Shown here piece by piece: positions 1 to 13,011 of a DNA stretch of 64,000 nucleotides. Each line of letters opens with the position of its first letter. The first letter of the stretch is position 1. This stretch comes from Catajapyx aquilonaris (Eukaryota): NCBI GenBank assembly GCA_000934665.2, contig KZ538002.1, positions 186,001-250,000 on the forward strand. Direction: 5' to 3'. Under the pieces are notes generated by a model. That model had not been told where the DNA came from. It saw nothing but the letters and a program-made list of their open reading frames with translations, and made no database searches. Position numbers and translations under genes: made by a program.

Positions 1-1465
1 TTTTTCATATCAACTTGCCCAAACGCAAAATTCTACGTTCACCTCGCAAAAAAAGTGGAGTGGTGTGGTAAAAAATAAAATGTGATAAAAAGCCTTCATT
101 AAGATTATCTGGACTACTTTAGAATGGATAATTATGAATCGTAACAATGGAGTTAGGAGGAGACCAAAGTTGAAGTTAATTGGACAGTGAACAACTGAAA
201 CAAGCATGATTATACCTTGGACAGGGAAATTCTGTGTGGTCTGGTAAAAATAATTGATGCCACTTTGTTTATGTTACTTAGCAGGACAGTAATTTTAATA
301 ATGAACATGAGGGGCCACGCAAATCCAAAGACTCCATTAAAATTAATTGCAATAAATCTAACACGGGATTTTAAAATGTTTATCGTTGCTTGCAGATATG
401 AAATGTGAATGAATATAAAAATATAATAAATATAATGAATGAAAATATGAATGAAGGGATATTAAACACCATTTCACATTTAGTTGAAATTTTTATCCTA
501 GCATATTGGACTGAGGTCTAAATAATGTCATCATATTTTAATTTATTCGTAAATATCACCGTTAAATGTGGTGCAGCAAAATGCAGCAATTTCTGAAAAG
601 GTCCACGAGCATCCACGAGTCATAAACATTTAAATATTCCGCGTTAGATTTTTTTGTCATTAATTTCAATGCAGTGTTTAGATTTGTGTAGCCCTTCAGG
701 TTCCTTATCAAAAGTAGTGTCTTGCTAACAAGGGACACTTTCCAAGTGCCACTCGCGGATTTTCATGAAATTTGGTGGGATGAAAAACGCACCTAAAGTG
801 ACCTGATCAAAATGACCCTATGACAACATTTTGAGGAGGACAGAGGTCAACTCGTCCTAAAACTCCAAATTCCAATTTTTGACGGCGTGGTGTCTTCAAA
901 TAAATATAATGGGAAATCATGACCTGACGCACCAGTAGACGAAATATCGTGAAATGTTTGAAATATCAAGCAGTTTATAGCCAGAATGTGCTGACTACCA
1001 AAACGGAAGGCATGGCGAGGCCTATTTTGGCAACATCTCAGGATAGTGTGAAACATGTCACCAGCCTCTGTAATTATTGTAAATTACACTATCTAATTGT
1101 AATGCACAAGTTTGAAGTAGGCTATGCCAAGAGATCTGCTCGGCTACCACCGTACTGGTGGCTGATCGCACGGTGACATCACTGTATAGTGAGTAGCCAG
1201 ACGTCCGAGCTTTCCCGACAGTGCTATGTCTCAAAAAGAGAACATAAAGAGGGGTGTAGCCTACTAAAGTACACCTTACGAACAAAATAATATTTGTACT
1301 TATATAGATTGACATTTTCTCAAGACATATTTATGTCAACACAGCACTGTTGGACAGATATAAAATGCTTTCTTACTGGACGAAACTTACTTGTAAAACA
1401 AAAAAACCGCAATGGAAAAATTTTAAAGACAGTATGAAACAAAACTAAAAATATTACAGATCCAT

Positions 1466-2042
1466 AAAAAAACTTCCATAAGTCGAACTTCCCTAAGTCG
1501 AAGTTCTCTATAAGTCGAAGAAAATGATGAGCTTGGTTGGTCACAATGTAAAATAATAAGAAATACACTTCCCTAACTCGAAGTTCTCCATAACTCCAAG
1601 TGGAGGCAGGGCCTTACGATGCATTTTCAGTCTCCCTAAGTCGAAGTTCATGTTGGCGAGTACGGAAAATTGTCTCATTTCCCAGCCGAAGGGTCGAGAG
1701 TACAGGCCACAGAAAGGCTCTTTCCTGATCTCCGTATATCTAAAGAAGTGTCTGACTCGAATGTGACAATTGCATCTTTTATTAAGAGTGAGAGCCGATC
1801 TAAGAGTAGACAAAATAATGTCCATAACGGAGTTTTTTTTTACAACAAAACAACGAGGAACATTGTAAGTGTGATAGTGATAGTTATTTTTAAGTTTTGA
1901 ACACCTTTTGTCGCTGGATATAAAGGTAGGCTTCCTTATAGAGTTCTGTGCTTTAAAAAAGCCAAACTTCTCTAACTCGAATCTTCTATAACTCGAAGTT
2001 TTTTCCGGTCCCATGGAGATTCGACTTATAGAAGTTTTACTG
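1466..2042. mobile_element. pogo/Tigger-like non-autonomous DNA transposon
   Basis: Right end reads CAGTAAAACTTCTATAAGTCGAA on the - strand; left end AAAACTTCCATAAGTCGAA is eroded; repeated subterminal TT(C/T)CTAA(G/C)TCGAA motifs at about 1473-1520, 1569-1595, 1633-1648 and 1968-2000. Confidence 0.7.
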
Positions 2043-2132
2043 AACTTACATAGTGAAAACAAATCGCAAGCAAAATGTATGTAAAATGACCAGGTACATT
2101 AAAGAAATTAACAAATACCAATTAGGCAAAGG

Positions 2133-2243
2133 CAGGGATGGAAAAAGAACCGCTTCTTTGGGCGGTAAGCGGTTCTTTTTCTATCCCTGCACATGGAAAA
2201 AAGAAGCGCTTCTTGGAAGGAAGCGGTACTTTTTCCATCCCTG
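2133..2243. mobile_element. 111-bp hAT-type micro-MITE made of two tandem hairpin units
   Basis: TIRs CAGGGATGGAAAAAG / CTTTTTCCATCCCTG; perfect 8-bp TSD GGCAAAGG (2125-2132, 2244-2251). Confidence 0.88.
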
Positions 2244-2538
2244 GGCAAAGGTCATATTTTCAAATCCATAGCATGGAAGAACTCTTAAATGCCTGAACTC
2301 TTAATCATTCAGGTTACTCGACAAACTTGTTGCAGAGATAGTATTCAATCAAAAGGTGGGAGAAGCAAAGGAGATCCTTACATCAACTGCATTATATAGG
2401 AAGGCTAATGCATGAAAAAATGCAGATCAATCATCGTTATCTAATTTGAAGCAAAACTGAACAGGTGTATGAAATTCTGCAGGCCTGTCCTCAATGTAAC
2501 CACCTTTAAACCAGGCGTAGCCTTCTGTATCATGGGCC

Positions 2539-2790
2539 CATGGGCGTAGCAAGGATTTAGGTTGGGGGGGGGGGGGNNNNNNNNNNNNNNNNNNNNNNNN
2601 NNNNNNNNNNNNNNNNNNNNNNNNNNNNNNNNNNNNNNNNNNNNNNNNNNNNNNNNNNNNNNNNNNNNNNNNNNNNNNNNNNNNNNNNNNNNNNNNNNNN
2701 NNNNNNNNNNNNNNNNNNNNNNNNNNNNNNNNNNNNNNNNNNNNNNNNNNNNNNNNNNNAGCTGCCCCCCCCCCCCTGGCTACGCCCATG
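2539..2790. mobile_element. hAT-type MITE spanning an assembly gap
   Basis: TIRs CATGGGCGTAGC(A/C)AGG; perfect 8-bp TSD CATGGGCC (2531-2538, 2791-2798); internal poly-G/poly-C tracts border the N run. Confidence 0.85.
2577..2759. other. Assembly gap (N run)
   Basis: Run of N between poly-G and poly-C tracts. Confidence 0.99.
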
Positions 2791-3317
2791 CATGGGCCTG
2801 AATCGAGGGGCAGCAAACTGGTTCATGGTCAGAGACATCGTCATTATGAGATTGTTGCACGCGTGAAGTACACAATCAACATGAAAAGACGACACTGTTT
2901 GATAGTTTTCACAAAAACTTTCGTCGGTCTAAAAAAATAAATATCTAGGAGGCTCTGCTCTCCAAAAAGGGGTCACAGGGTCATTTTGGGCAGGGATGCA
3001 TTTTTCATCCCTTGGGGTGGCCTACCAATCCACCAAACTTGAAGAAAATCTGTTGGAATCTCATGAGTTGACCTGTGCACACCAAAAGAGAGGTCATAGG
3101 GTCATTTGGGGCAGGTCACTCTAGTTGCGTCTTTCATCCCTTGGTGGGGCCTATCTAGTTTTGTGGCTCTGGAATATCGCCTTTTGCCTTGTATTTTGAC
3201 GTAATTAGCAGCAGAGGTGATGTTTGCACAACACTATAGGTCAATCAGAATTAGAAAATCCAAACATTTTCAAAATTTAGGAGGGTAAAAAGAGTTAACT
3301 TGGTTGTACCTTGCTCC

Positions 3318-3379
3318 GCACCCCCAGGGGTCACTTCACACCCCCTGGGGGTGCGGGCACCCCTGGTTGGGAACCCCTG
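3318..3379 (-). mobile_element. hAT-Charlie-like transposon end (fragment)
   Basis: - strand CAGGGGTTCCCAACC terminus plus the subterminal palindrome GCACCCCCAGGGG...CCCCTGGGGGTGC; partner end not found. Confidence 0.55.
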
Positions 3380-6300
3380 CTCTACATGCTGTGCGTCTGT
3401 GCTTATTACAAATGAATACATAACACAATGATATCGTGGAAGAATTGTTGGGAAGAAATAAATTGCGTAGAAATGCAGGTTCCGAAAAAGTTTTTCAATA
3501 CTGTGTACGCATATCTTGTGTGCGGGTTGTATGAAAAATTCGACATTTTTTTTCGGAATGATCTCACTCATCACTCATGTAAACATGAGAAAATGCTGAA
3601 TTTCAGATGTCCAGTTACCTGATTTTCCCAAGTTGTCAGACTTACGCACACCTACCTGGAATTAATGATTTTAAAAAATCACGTATCCGATATCCATTTC
3701 TGGTGTGGGTGCACTAACGTTTTCTGTCATTGAAATCACTTGAAAATATGCATTTAATGCTGTAAATTAATCCAAAATAGATTCAGCAACACATATAGAC
3801 ATAATTATGAGGGGTGTGGTGGAAAAACACGATAACCCACATTTTTCTCATTTTTGACCTAAACACCTAGCAACTATGTATAAAGACATGACAAATGTTT
3901 GGGATATACGGACGTTATAATCGCAAGCGCAAAGGGAGAAAGATGGCTCTGTCCACGATGGTACGTGCAAGTGAGGATGTAATGGGTATGTCCAGAGGAA
4001 CAATAACGATGTGTACTTTCATAATATATACTATACACCACACCATACACCGACCTCCTACATATACACACTCATTCCAAATTTTCGCAATTACATTTTT
4101 GACGGATTTAACACATATTTAGAGATTCCCAGTGAGTACATGGAAAAAATATTTCTTTTGTTTACAGTTTGAAAGAAAGCATACAAACAGAAAATTGGAC
4201 TTTTTGTTATCCCTTGCAAAAGAAAATGAAAATGTGTAGGTGGGTAGGAGGGGAGGTTGTACAAATTTATTGTTCTAGGTGTATCGAAATATCTGCATTC
4301 ATATATTATGTGGTATGCTGTTAACGGTTCTTACATATTACACCATTCACAGAAAACCTCATCATACAGCTTTATGGATTCTTTCTTTAGGCGTAGGAAT
4401 CTCGACTTATTTCTTAAATTGCTTAACATTCTAGTCTGTATTATTGGTAAACCGTACGTTAGGTATTCTTCTTGTTCAAAGCTATTTTTAATTTCTTTGT
4501 CATATTTGTATCTACTAGTTTGGTGTAGCATGTTCATAATGTTTGTCTTTACCCAAAAACAAATACATATCAAATAGAATAGAAACGAGGAGAAGGCGCC
4601 TATGGAATATGTTTTCCTTTACAAATAATATAAACAGAAAAATGTGCGTGGCATTTCATTGGTCACATGCTCAGTCACACGTCAAAGAATTTTGACCCCC
4701 ACAATTATTATTAGTGTTGCGCATTTTATCCAATTACGATTATTTTACCGATTATCCGGCCACACCAGTGCATTCATTAGCACCTTGATTAGCACGGATA
4801 ATAGGGCGTACAGTGTATACTCGTATGTAATGGCGAACCTCACACGTCTTGAGAATAATTGCTGAAACGTTATTGGTTTCCCACAGGTAGGCCTATTTCA
4901 GCTCAAGCTTGGGCACACTGGCATTTAATATGCTTTGAAAAGTAAGTTGAGTCGCCTTGTGGCAAACCCGACGTGCTGTATGTATATATACGAGTGTATC
5001 GAAGTCAATGATGCTGGCTGCGCCTCGTGTCTTGATGCATGTCCAAATCTGTTCCTTCACTGTACCTCCTGTGGCATCCACTGAGCCTTTACCGTGACAG
5101 ACAGCAACAATTAAAATACTATCGGACCTTTCAGTAGGCTCTACTTCTACGGAATATGACGTACAGTAACTTGATTATTATTTATTTGATCTTAAATTGG
5201 GATGCTGGCCCATCACTAATAAAACCCATTTACCCATCCATTCACTCGAACCGCCTATACCCACTTATTTGCACATCATCCAGGATGATTTCCGACAGGA
5301 ACCCGTGCACAGAACACTTGTTCTGAATCAGAAATGATGATACATACCGTGATACCGGTACTATTTCGTTTGGATGCAGGCAGCTATCGAGTAAGTTCCG
5401 TTACGTACAATATCGCCCATAACAAGTAACGTCCGTAACGCACATTAGACCATTAATCGACATTAATTTCGGCATTTATGTGTCATCTTCTCCTTTCCCT
5501 TGATGTCCCAAAATTGGATACGAAGAATAGGGGCGATCAAAAAATTACCCTCCATGTCCATGTGACAGGAACTTTGTCGCGTTCACGTTATGGACGTTCT
5601 AGGGAGGGGTGACTGATTATTATTGGTCCGTGTAACTCAGGAAGTAATTAATTAATCTTGTTTATTCGCACATATGCATGTGCTCAATGATGACCTTAGG
5701 TAACTATTCTACATTGTTATTTCTTACCATGACACATGTGCAAATTGTCACGAGCGTTTCTTTGTACTTCCTCAGGGAGCTTGTGCACCCGTACAAAATC
5801 AGTCACAAGTGTACGTTGTCTCCACACCTGTACACATGTATACGAAACAAGCATGTTTGTGTACTGAAGTTATATTATTTTGGATTATGGCCTTTCAACG
5901 TGCAAATGAAATTTTCTCCTGCGATAATTTTTCCCCCATCCCTGTCATGTTGACATTATCGTGGAATTGCTCTGCTGTTAACTACACAATCTAAAGTTAA
6001 TTACGATTACGTAACGGGTATTATTTCCGCCCCTCTACGAAATTCGGCGGTACAGTCACGGCTGTAATATCTGGAAATCCTGAAAATCTGTTTAAATATT
6101 ATCCACTTGGAACGGTTTTTTTGGCTATTGTAGTGGTTCGGGTCCTGGCAACAGAACTATAGTGTATTGTTGTCAGGTGGAGTTGCGCATTGAAAACCGT
6201 TGCTATGGGAGCAGTGTATATAGTATAGTGTTGGGAGTTGTTTGGGATGAGTTGTGAACTGATTGTGTGATAGAACAGACGTGTTTTACCTGAACTGGAG

Positions 6301-6717
6301 AATATATTTATATCAAACGCTGTCCGGTGCCTATTACTAATTGGAGTGTTCCTCATGAGGAACACTACAATATGCAAAAATTGTTCCGGTGGAAACAAGT
6401 TTATTTCAAAATTTCCTGGTATCTTAGTTTGTCCTTTTTCAGTTAAGGCTTAGGTAGAGTAGCTATAGTGATGGAGTGTCAACGACTACATAGCACTCCT
6501 ACATAAAATATAATTCTATCTGGTGCTCAGTCACTCACCTAATATGCTAGTGTGCCTGAATCATTATGAAACATATCGATATCGGCTTCCTTTATTAATG
6601 AACGCTAGAAACTGTTCTAGCCTCGATGTTACTTGTATAAATCACGGTCTTAGAACATACCGGCATAGGTCTGGTCACTCCCCCTCTTATCTCGTTCAGG
6701 GGGCTGGCGGGGTGATA

Positions 6718-6925
6718 GTGCGTAGGGTGGCCACTGCAGCGCTACTCAGGGGTCAGAACTTGTCGCGATCCTAGTAGGGCTCCTCTGCACAGCGGAAAGA
6801 GCTTTTCTCTTCTACTAACAAACCCATAAACTAAACTTGTAAGTGCAGAGGAGCTCCACTAGGATCGTGACAAGCTCTGATCCCTGAGCAGCCTTGAACA
6901 GACCTGTAGCGACCATCTAAAGCAC
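6718..6925. repeat. Fold-back inverted repeat (probable MITE)
   Basis: 50-bp arms at 6741-6790 and 6843-6892 with 6 differences; weaker symmetry extends outward. Confidence 0.85.
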
Positions 6926-7329
6926 TGGGCACCATGCCACTATGTTATTCAGCTGTACGATGATTTCCATTGAGCGGGTACGGGTGTCAGGAGGCTGCTT
7001 GTAATATGACGCTCAAACAGATGGGGACAATTTTTCTTGGGTTTTCAATGCAAAGTTGTTTCCATCTTTTTGAGCAATGTTTATAGTGCCAGTACATTAT
7101 GAAGCACATTGCATGAATATTGCAGCATGGCAAAATTGAAGAAACCGGTAGTCTATACAGTATATGCCTACATGATTGTGCAAGTAGTTTTCAGCACTTA
7201 CTAAGAACGCCTCATATGCATGTGGTGTCTTATTATTACAGTTGGCAGCCTGCTCGTCTCCTAGGAAGCGTAAATAGCTATTGTTGTAGTTCAGAAAAAA
7301 TCGAAAAGTCTCCACATACATCGAGATAG

Positions 7330-7726
7330 CTGGCTCAGTACAACCTCTATCCGGAATTGTGGACATCACGCATCAGAGAGATGCATAAGCAGAGGAATCC
7401 GGCTACAGTTCCTGCAGCTCCTGGAGCTGGTGAAAAGAAGACTCGTCCGAAGATAATGGCCAACAGAGGAGTGCCAGGAGACAAGCTGGGTAAGTTGGCC
7501 TGCTGCATGTATGCATCCCAACAATTCTTTGCAACCGGGTCTCTTCTCTCCTGTCCAGGGATTGTGGTAGACCCCGACCTGAAGAAGTCTCCTGAGGAGA
7601 TCCATCGACTTCTCCTGGAAGCATCGGAACAGCTTGTGTCCGAGAACCGTACCTGCAGCACCCACCTGCGCGCAATTCGTCTATGCCTGCGAGGATTCCA
7701 AAGCATCCCAGAACCCACCCAAGAAG
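7330..7726 (+). pseudogene. Possible decayed spliced coding fragment (MADF/Myb-SANT-like)
   Basis: Canonical-looking 69-nt intron GTAAGT...CTCTTCTCTCCTGTCCAG (7490-7558); peptide pieces YNLYPELW, QLLELVK, EEC...W and PT.AQF in different frames loosely recall MADF. Weak. Confidence 0.3.
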
Positions 7727-9987
7727 GTCCGTATAGCTACAAATTCATAGTTTACCATGACGTACTCCCAGCATACAGCATGATTGTGTTATAATATGGC
7801 TGTTCTCTCTCATAGACCTAGGATGGATCAAGATGTTGCAGCAAGACATTCAGAACTTCCACACCCAGTTGGTTGGAGCCTGGCAAGAATATTTACAGCT
7901 CAGGACCAACCTTCTCCTTCGAGGGGAGTAACCCTGAGACAGGGGCTGGAGATGGCGCTGAAGTCCTAGTTTCGCGACATTTAGTCGATTGTTAGACCAA
8001 TTTGTGAAATATATCGTTTTAAAAATTCCAAGTTCTCTCTTTAATTCGTCAGCGCTCACTTATTCCCCGCAGTTTCACGGATGCCTGCAAATATTGGCAA
8101 GGTTACTATTTGGAAATGGGAATATTCAAACATATCACATATAAAAACAACTAACCCATAAAGCAATACGCAGCGAGGAGTTTACTGTTTGCTTCAGTAA
8201 CGAAACAGATGGCACTCTGCGACAATAAGTGACTCTAAGGAGCATTCGGAATGTACCAAGGAAGGTACTGTACATTATGTCCTTTTCAGGCTTGAAATTT
8301 TTAAATGGGCAATCATAAATTACCTCTCGACACTGTTTGAAAACGATGGACATGCAATACATTTCAGCACGGCTGTTATGCACGGAGATATACGGTAAGC
8401 TAAGAAGTAAGGGACATTGATTTGCCTTATGTATGGGATAAAATACAAAAATAACTGAATGATGAAAGAGCCATCCACCCATTATGTGAGGGTGGTAGGT
8501 ATGGTTACACACCAGGTACGGTCTGTGAGAATAGGTCCATCATTTGGTTTCGTATTTTTCGCAAACATGCATATTTACCCGGTTATTTGTAACAATGTTT
8601 GCGTACAATAATTGGCTGGCTCACTGAGTGAACCTTGCATCCCTGGTATAATTTCATCATGTGCTACGGTATACTGGTTGAACAACAAATTTTTTTGAGA
8701 TCAGACAAGTCTGATTTTTCCAGAATACGGCTGATTTTTCTGTCTTTAAATTATAAAAATAACTGCCATCTCTTAATTCTACCAACATTAAACCGCCATA
8801 TTTATTTAATATTCGTGACTATGGCATTAATGACAGTAACGCCACTTACAATTATTTTCCACCCGGTACGATTTTTGCCCAAACAAGCAAATAAAAATGG
8901 CCGTATCTTTGAATTTGCTGTTGGTTACTCCGCATCACATCTCTGTCACACCTACAGGTTATGCGAGGTCATCGAGGCCTAAATTTTTAATCTCCAATGT
9001 TGCATCTTCTGGACATATTTGTTCCGACATGGCATGTATTGATATGATGACCTGTGATGATTTTTCGTGTCAGGTGATTATTTCTGGACTTATATAATAT
9101 TGTAAACATTACATTCCATGATTCGATATCTCCATTTGAACCACTTTAATGTCTCGTACTATCGATACATAGAAACCTATCACCTATACAGTGTCCAGTT
9201 GAGGAAACTTGGCCTCAATATATGGTCTGCAAGAAAATGAAACAGCTGTGGAAAAGTTCTCCAAGAGTGCAGAGCGCGCCATCTTTTGAGAAATTGTACA
9301 GGTTTGGGAACGCTGCGAGCGCTGCTCTGTATCCTACGCTACTGTTAACTTTCAGCGTGCTTATCTGCAGTTACTGACTGCCAATATGTACTATATCGCT
9401 CAAAAAGATAGAGACGATTGGCATTTGATTCTAGTGCAAGTTGCACTTGAGTCAAATGCAAAATCGTCTCTATCTTTTTGGGCGATATAGTACATATTTC
9501 CTTCTTGCAATAAAACTTGCAAAGAGTGGTGAGGGTAACTGCGTCCGATGCTTCGGTTTTTCTTCACACAAAATACATTGGGTGGAAGTTTCGCCCCACT
9601 GATAGTTAGCCCTGCTATCAGTGAGACGAAAATTCCAGTTTTGCAAGTAACTGCAAACATGGTTTTTGATGAATATATTGAGTGTGATGTCACGCTGGAA
9701 GCAATTACCTACCATTGTAACGTAGGCCTACTTTATGGAGTACTCCATGCTGAATTTTATGTACATGTCGAGTACATGTGCTGTACAGTATTTTAAAACA
9801 TAAGAAATACGTGAGTTGTTTCATAAGTCATGGCGCGTATGTTTTATTCTAAAACAGTGACACATACAGAGATGACCTTTGCTGAGTTTTTAAGCTCCGG
9901 CGATTACAATTTGATCTGATATATATAGATGTCACCCATATCTCGAGGGGGCGGGGGGAAAAGGGGGCGTCATGAAACCCCCACCGG

Positions 9988-10321
9988 CCTGACACGCTTG
10001 GAGCTGTTGAAATTTGCATGCAGGACACTCGGAGATGGGGCAACACGAGTGTGGGACAAGTCAGAGCACTATGACTGTGTCATCCATCGCCACAAATTGG
10101 TTTTAAAAAACCATCGCCCTCACTGCGATCGAGTTCCAAGCGAGGGCAATCTCAAGGAGATGATGAGGAACCGTCGAGGATACCAACTTCCTGAGAACTT
10201 TTAGTCTTTCGGAGTTCTAAGAATATAGTGCTCTGATTGTCCCACACTCGAAAGCAAGCTTCCGTGTTGTCCATCTCCGAGTGTCCAGCATGCAACATTC
10301 AACAGCTCCAAGCGCGTCAGG
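9988..10321. repeat. Inverted repeat with about 85-95-bp arms (probable MITE)
   Basis: CCTGACACGCTTGGAGCTGTTGAA...CAGAGCACTAT (9988-10072) is the reverse complement of about 10225-10321, apart from an indel and a few substitutions. Confidence 0.85.
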
Positions 10322-10329
10322 TTCGGAAG

Positions 10330-10495
10330 GGAATACACTTTCATTTGGAAATAGTTGCGATGGGTTCTCTCCGCGTTCGCGTGGGTCTTCCCGGGGTCTC
10401 CCGTTTGCTCCAACTGCCAAAATTATTAAACAGCGTAAATAATTAAATAAAGGCGGGAATTGAAAATAATATCTTCTAAGAGGGCCTATCATGTT
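10330..10495 (+). mobile_element. SINE family C fragment (V-domain-like core) ending in a (TTA)n tail
   Basis: GGGTTCTCTCCGCGTTCGCGTGGGTCTTCCCCGGGGTCTCCCGTTTGCTCCAAC matches the 22010-22070 core; the downstream GGGAA(A)TT(G/A)AAA...AAGAGG(GG)CC is also shared. Confidence 0.55.
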
Positions 10496-10500
10496 TATTA

Positions 10501-10556
<56 letters not shown>

Positions 10557-10630
10557 AATATTATTATTATTATTAATAATAATAATAATAATAATAATCA
10601 TAATCATAATCATAATAATAATAATAATAA
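10493..10630. repeat. (TTA)n followed by (TAA)n microsatellite (self-complementary)
   Basis: Direct reading. Confidence 0.95.
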
Positions 10631-12072
10631 ATTTTTCCAGTTTTAAATTTTTATTTGGCACCATATCGTCGAGTTCACAAAATGTGACGCCAATATCCAG
10701 AGGACTATGAGGAGCAGCTGAGATGATTTAAGAGGGTATGAACGTTGCTCATGCAAAAAGCGTCGAAGCCCGTAATCTGAAAAATGACGCCAGTGACGCT
10801 GAATAGAGCAAGCATTTTGATTACGCCGCATTCTTTCCGCATCAATTTGCAGCAATTAGAGAAGCAGGAAACGTAGTAAAGTTCATAATGCATGGTCCGT
10901 TCTGACCAGTCACTGGGCGCCTTCCAGGTCAAACTTGATGAGCATCTTTGAAAAGGCCTATTCTGCCAACAGCGCCAACTAACTGACTCCATGCCCGCGG
11001 GATAATCATCTCAGCAGTTGCTAAAACCTACGCCAGATGGAACGTCTTGCTTCATATTTGGATCTGGCCTGGGAGCGCTCTGATGGGGATACTTGACTTA
11101 TCCCGACATCTGGTGCCTAGGGTGTAACATTCTTGCTTACAGGTAAGTACGGTATTAGCCAGGTTCTTGCCCTGGTTGACTTCGATATTAGATAGTGCAG
11201 TAATATACAGAACACGCGACAGGATTGTTCATCATAGGCTGTAATGACTAGGGCAATTAATTATAGGCCAATTTCAATAAGTAATTTCATATTGTGGCCT
11301 ATTGGAACAATTGGCATCCACCGTCAACGATAGGATCCATTTTTTGTAGACTTAATAAAGGATCGATTCACTCAACCTAATATTAGTTTATTTATTATTA
11401 ATAATAATTTTGATAACCACTAAAGGTAACTATTCAGAAGTGACTCCTTAAAATAAGCAGCTAAAATAACGGACAAGTCAAATATGTCAATTGAGGCGGT
11501 GTGGAGAGATTGACTGAAACGCCATGTTTGTTAGCCACGACGAAACATATCTAGCGACATGTACAGTAAAATGATAACCTAAGCATTGGAACGTTTGCTA
11601 AGTTTTTTAAAAATGAGAAAGAGGACTCTTGCTACCATAATTTTATTAATTTATTATAATGTATTTCCAAGTTTCTTATTACCCATAAAATTACAGGGTG
11701 AGTCACCTATTGCGCAAACCTGTTTTAGGGAAATATCGATGGAGATTGCGAATGCAGAAAAGTTGTGCATAGTGGATATTTAACTTGCTTCATGAGAACA
11801 CGATAAGCGGAACTGCTTCCATGCTATTCTCAAAGAACCATATGCATTCGCAGAAAATTGGTGTGTGATATGTGACATCCCTATTACGAATCACTACAAC
11901 CATTTTTTTCCAAGGAGGCTGTAAATATACAGAACTGCATTTGCTGATATAAACAAGTTCATAAGTTGGATTACTTACGTTCGTATAGTTACTTCCAAGA
12001 AAATGAAGCAACGAAAGTGGCACACGTCGGATAAGAGCATGGTATGAAATCCAAAACATCACTCTGTATATA

Positions 12073-12450
12073 CAGGGTGATGCCAAAAGTGAGCATTTCC
12101 TCTGGGACCCAGCTTCCTTTAGATATTCTAAGGCGAAATTACCCTAATTTATTTTGACGATTTCGCCTTCATGACGGAGATAATGGCATGTTAGGTTACA
12201 CACGTACGCAATGGGGGTCATCCTGTGCATCAGATGACGCATGTAGCAAGGGAGGTTGGGGTTTGGCATGACCCACAGGACCACCTCCATTGCGCAAGCC
12301 TGTAACCTTAACATGCTATTATTAGCACAGTCATGGAGCCGAAATCGAATAAATCAACTGGTGTAATTTGGTCTTAGAAAAAATTTCAAGAAACATAATT
12401 ATACTGTACTTTAGCTCCGACAGGAAGTGCGCACCTTTCCAAGCCTCCTG
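12073..12450. mobile_element. Tc1/mariner-type fold-back MITE (old)
   Basis: TA|CAGGGTG... and ...CTCCTG|TA ends; degenerate inverted symmetry throughout (e.g. GCATGTTAGGTTACA..CGCAATGG vs CCATTGCG..TGTAACCTTAACATGC). Confidence 0.7.
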
Positions 12451-13011
12451 TATAAAATTAGCCTGCATTGCAACATATTCTGCCGTAATACTCATCTAAA
12501 AATCTATTCATTTAGGGTCGGTTGTATACAACATGGATTAATCTGCCGCTCGCCTTTTCACCGAATGGCGACTATAACCCAGATTCGGCTAGAAAACTCC
12601 CGGGAAATATTCGCCGAAATTCCCCAAATAAATAAAATAAAATAAAAGAGAGGGTAGGCTACTGATATTTGGCAAGTTATAGGGCTCTCGATATCACGAA
12701 ATACTCTAGATTCCAAATATTTAGTTAGTTGTGGTATAAAACGCACCACAAGCGTTTTTCAAGTCAAAGTCGATTTTATATTAAGACATCGTCGCAAAAT
12801 CCCGTATCCCTCTAGCGGCGAGTAGGGAAACTCGATGAAATCACCAAAGATGGCTGCGCCCTGAGACGAAACTGATGCTTAAGCCCTATCATATGGTCTA
12901 TTTAGGTTTTGGCTACAACTTTTCTTATTCGGCTAGATTGCCGAACTTTTTGACAGCTGAATCCCTGTTGTACAAGTATAATTATGAAATCAAGTTATGA
13001 TAATCTCGGAG

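Larger units (their letters stand above)
758..3140. repeat. Dispersed inverted copies of an about 50-65-bp motif (758-824 vs 2972-3050 and 3093-3140)
   Basis: GGGATGAAAAACGCACCTAAAGTGACCTGATCAAAATGACCCTATGAC is approximately the reverse complement of GTCATAGGGTCATTTGGGGCAGGTCACTCTAGTTGCGTCTTTCATCCC. Confidence 0.65.

Noticed and set aside
1470..2000. Recurring TAAGTCGAAG motif suggesting a CRISPR-like array
   Set aside because: Irregular spacing, short degenerate units and eukaryotic context; these are subterminal repeats of a Tigger-like element.
10900..11100. - strand AE*AFSKMLIK resembling the hAT dimerisation motif
   Set aside because: Too short and interrupted by stops; compatible with chance.
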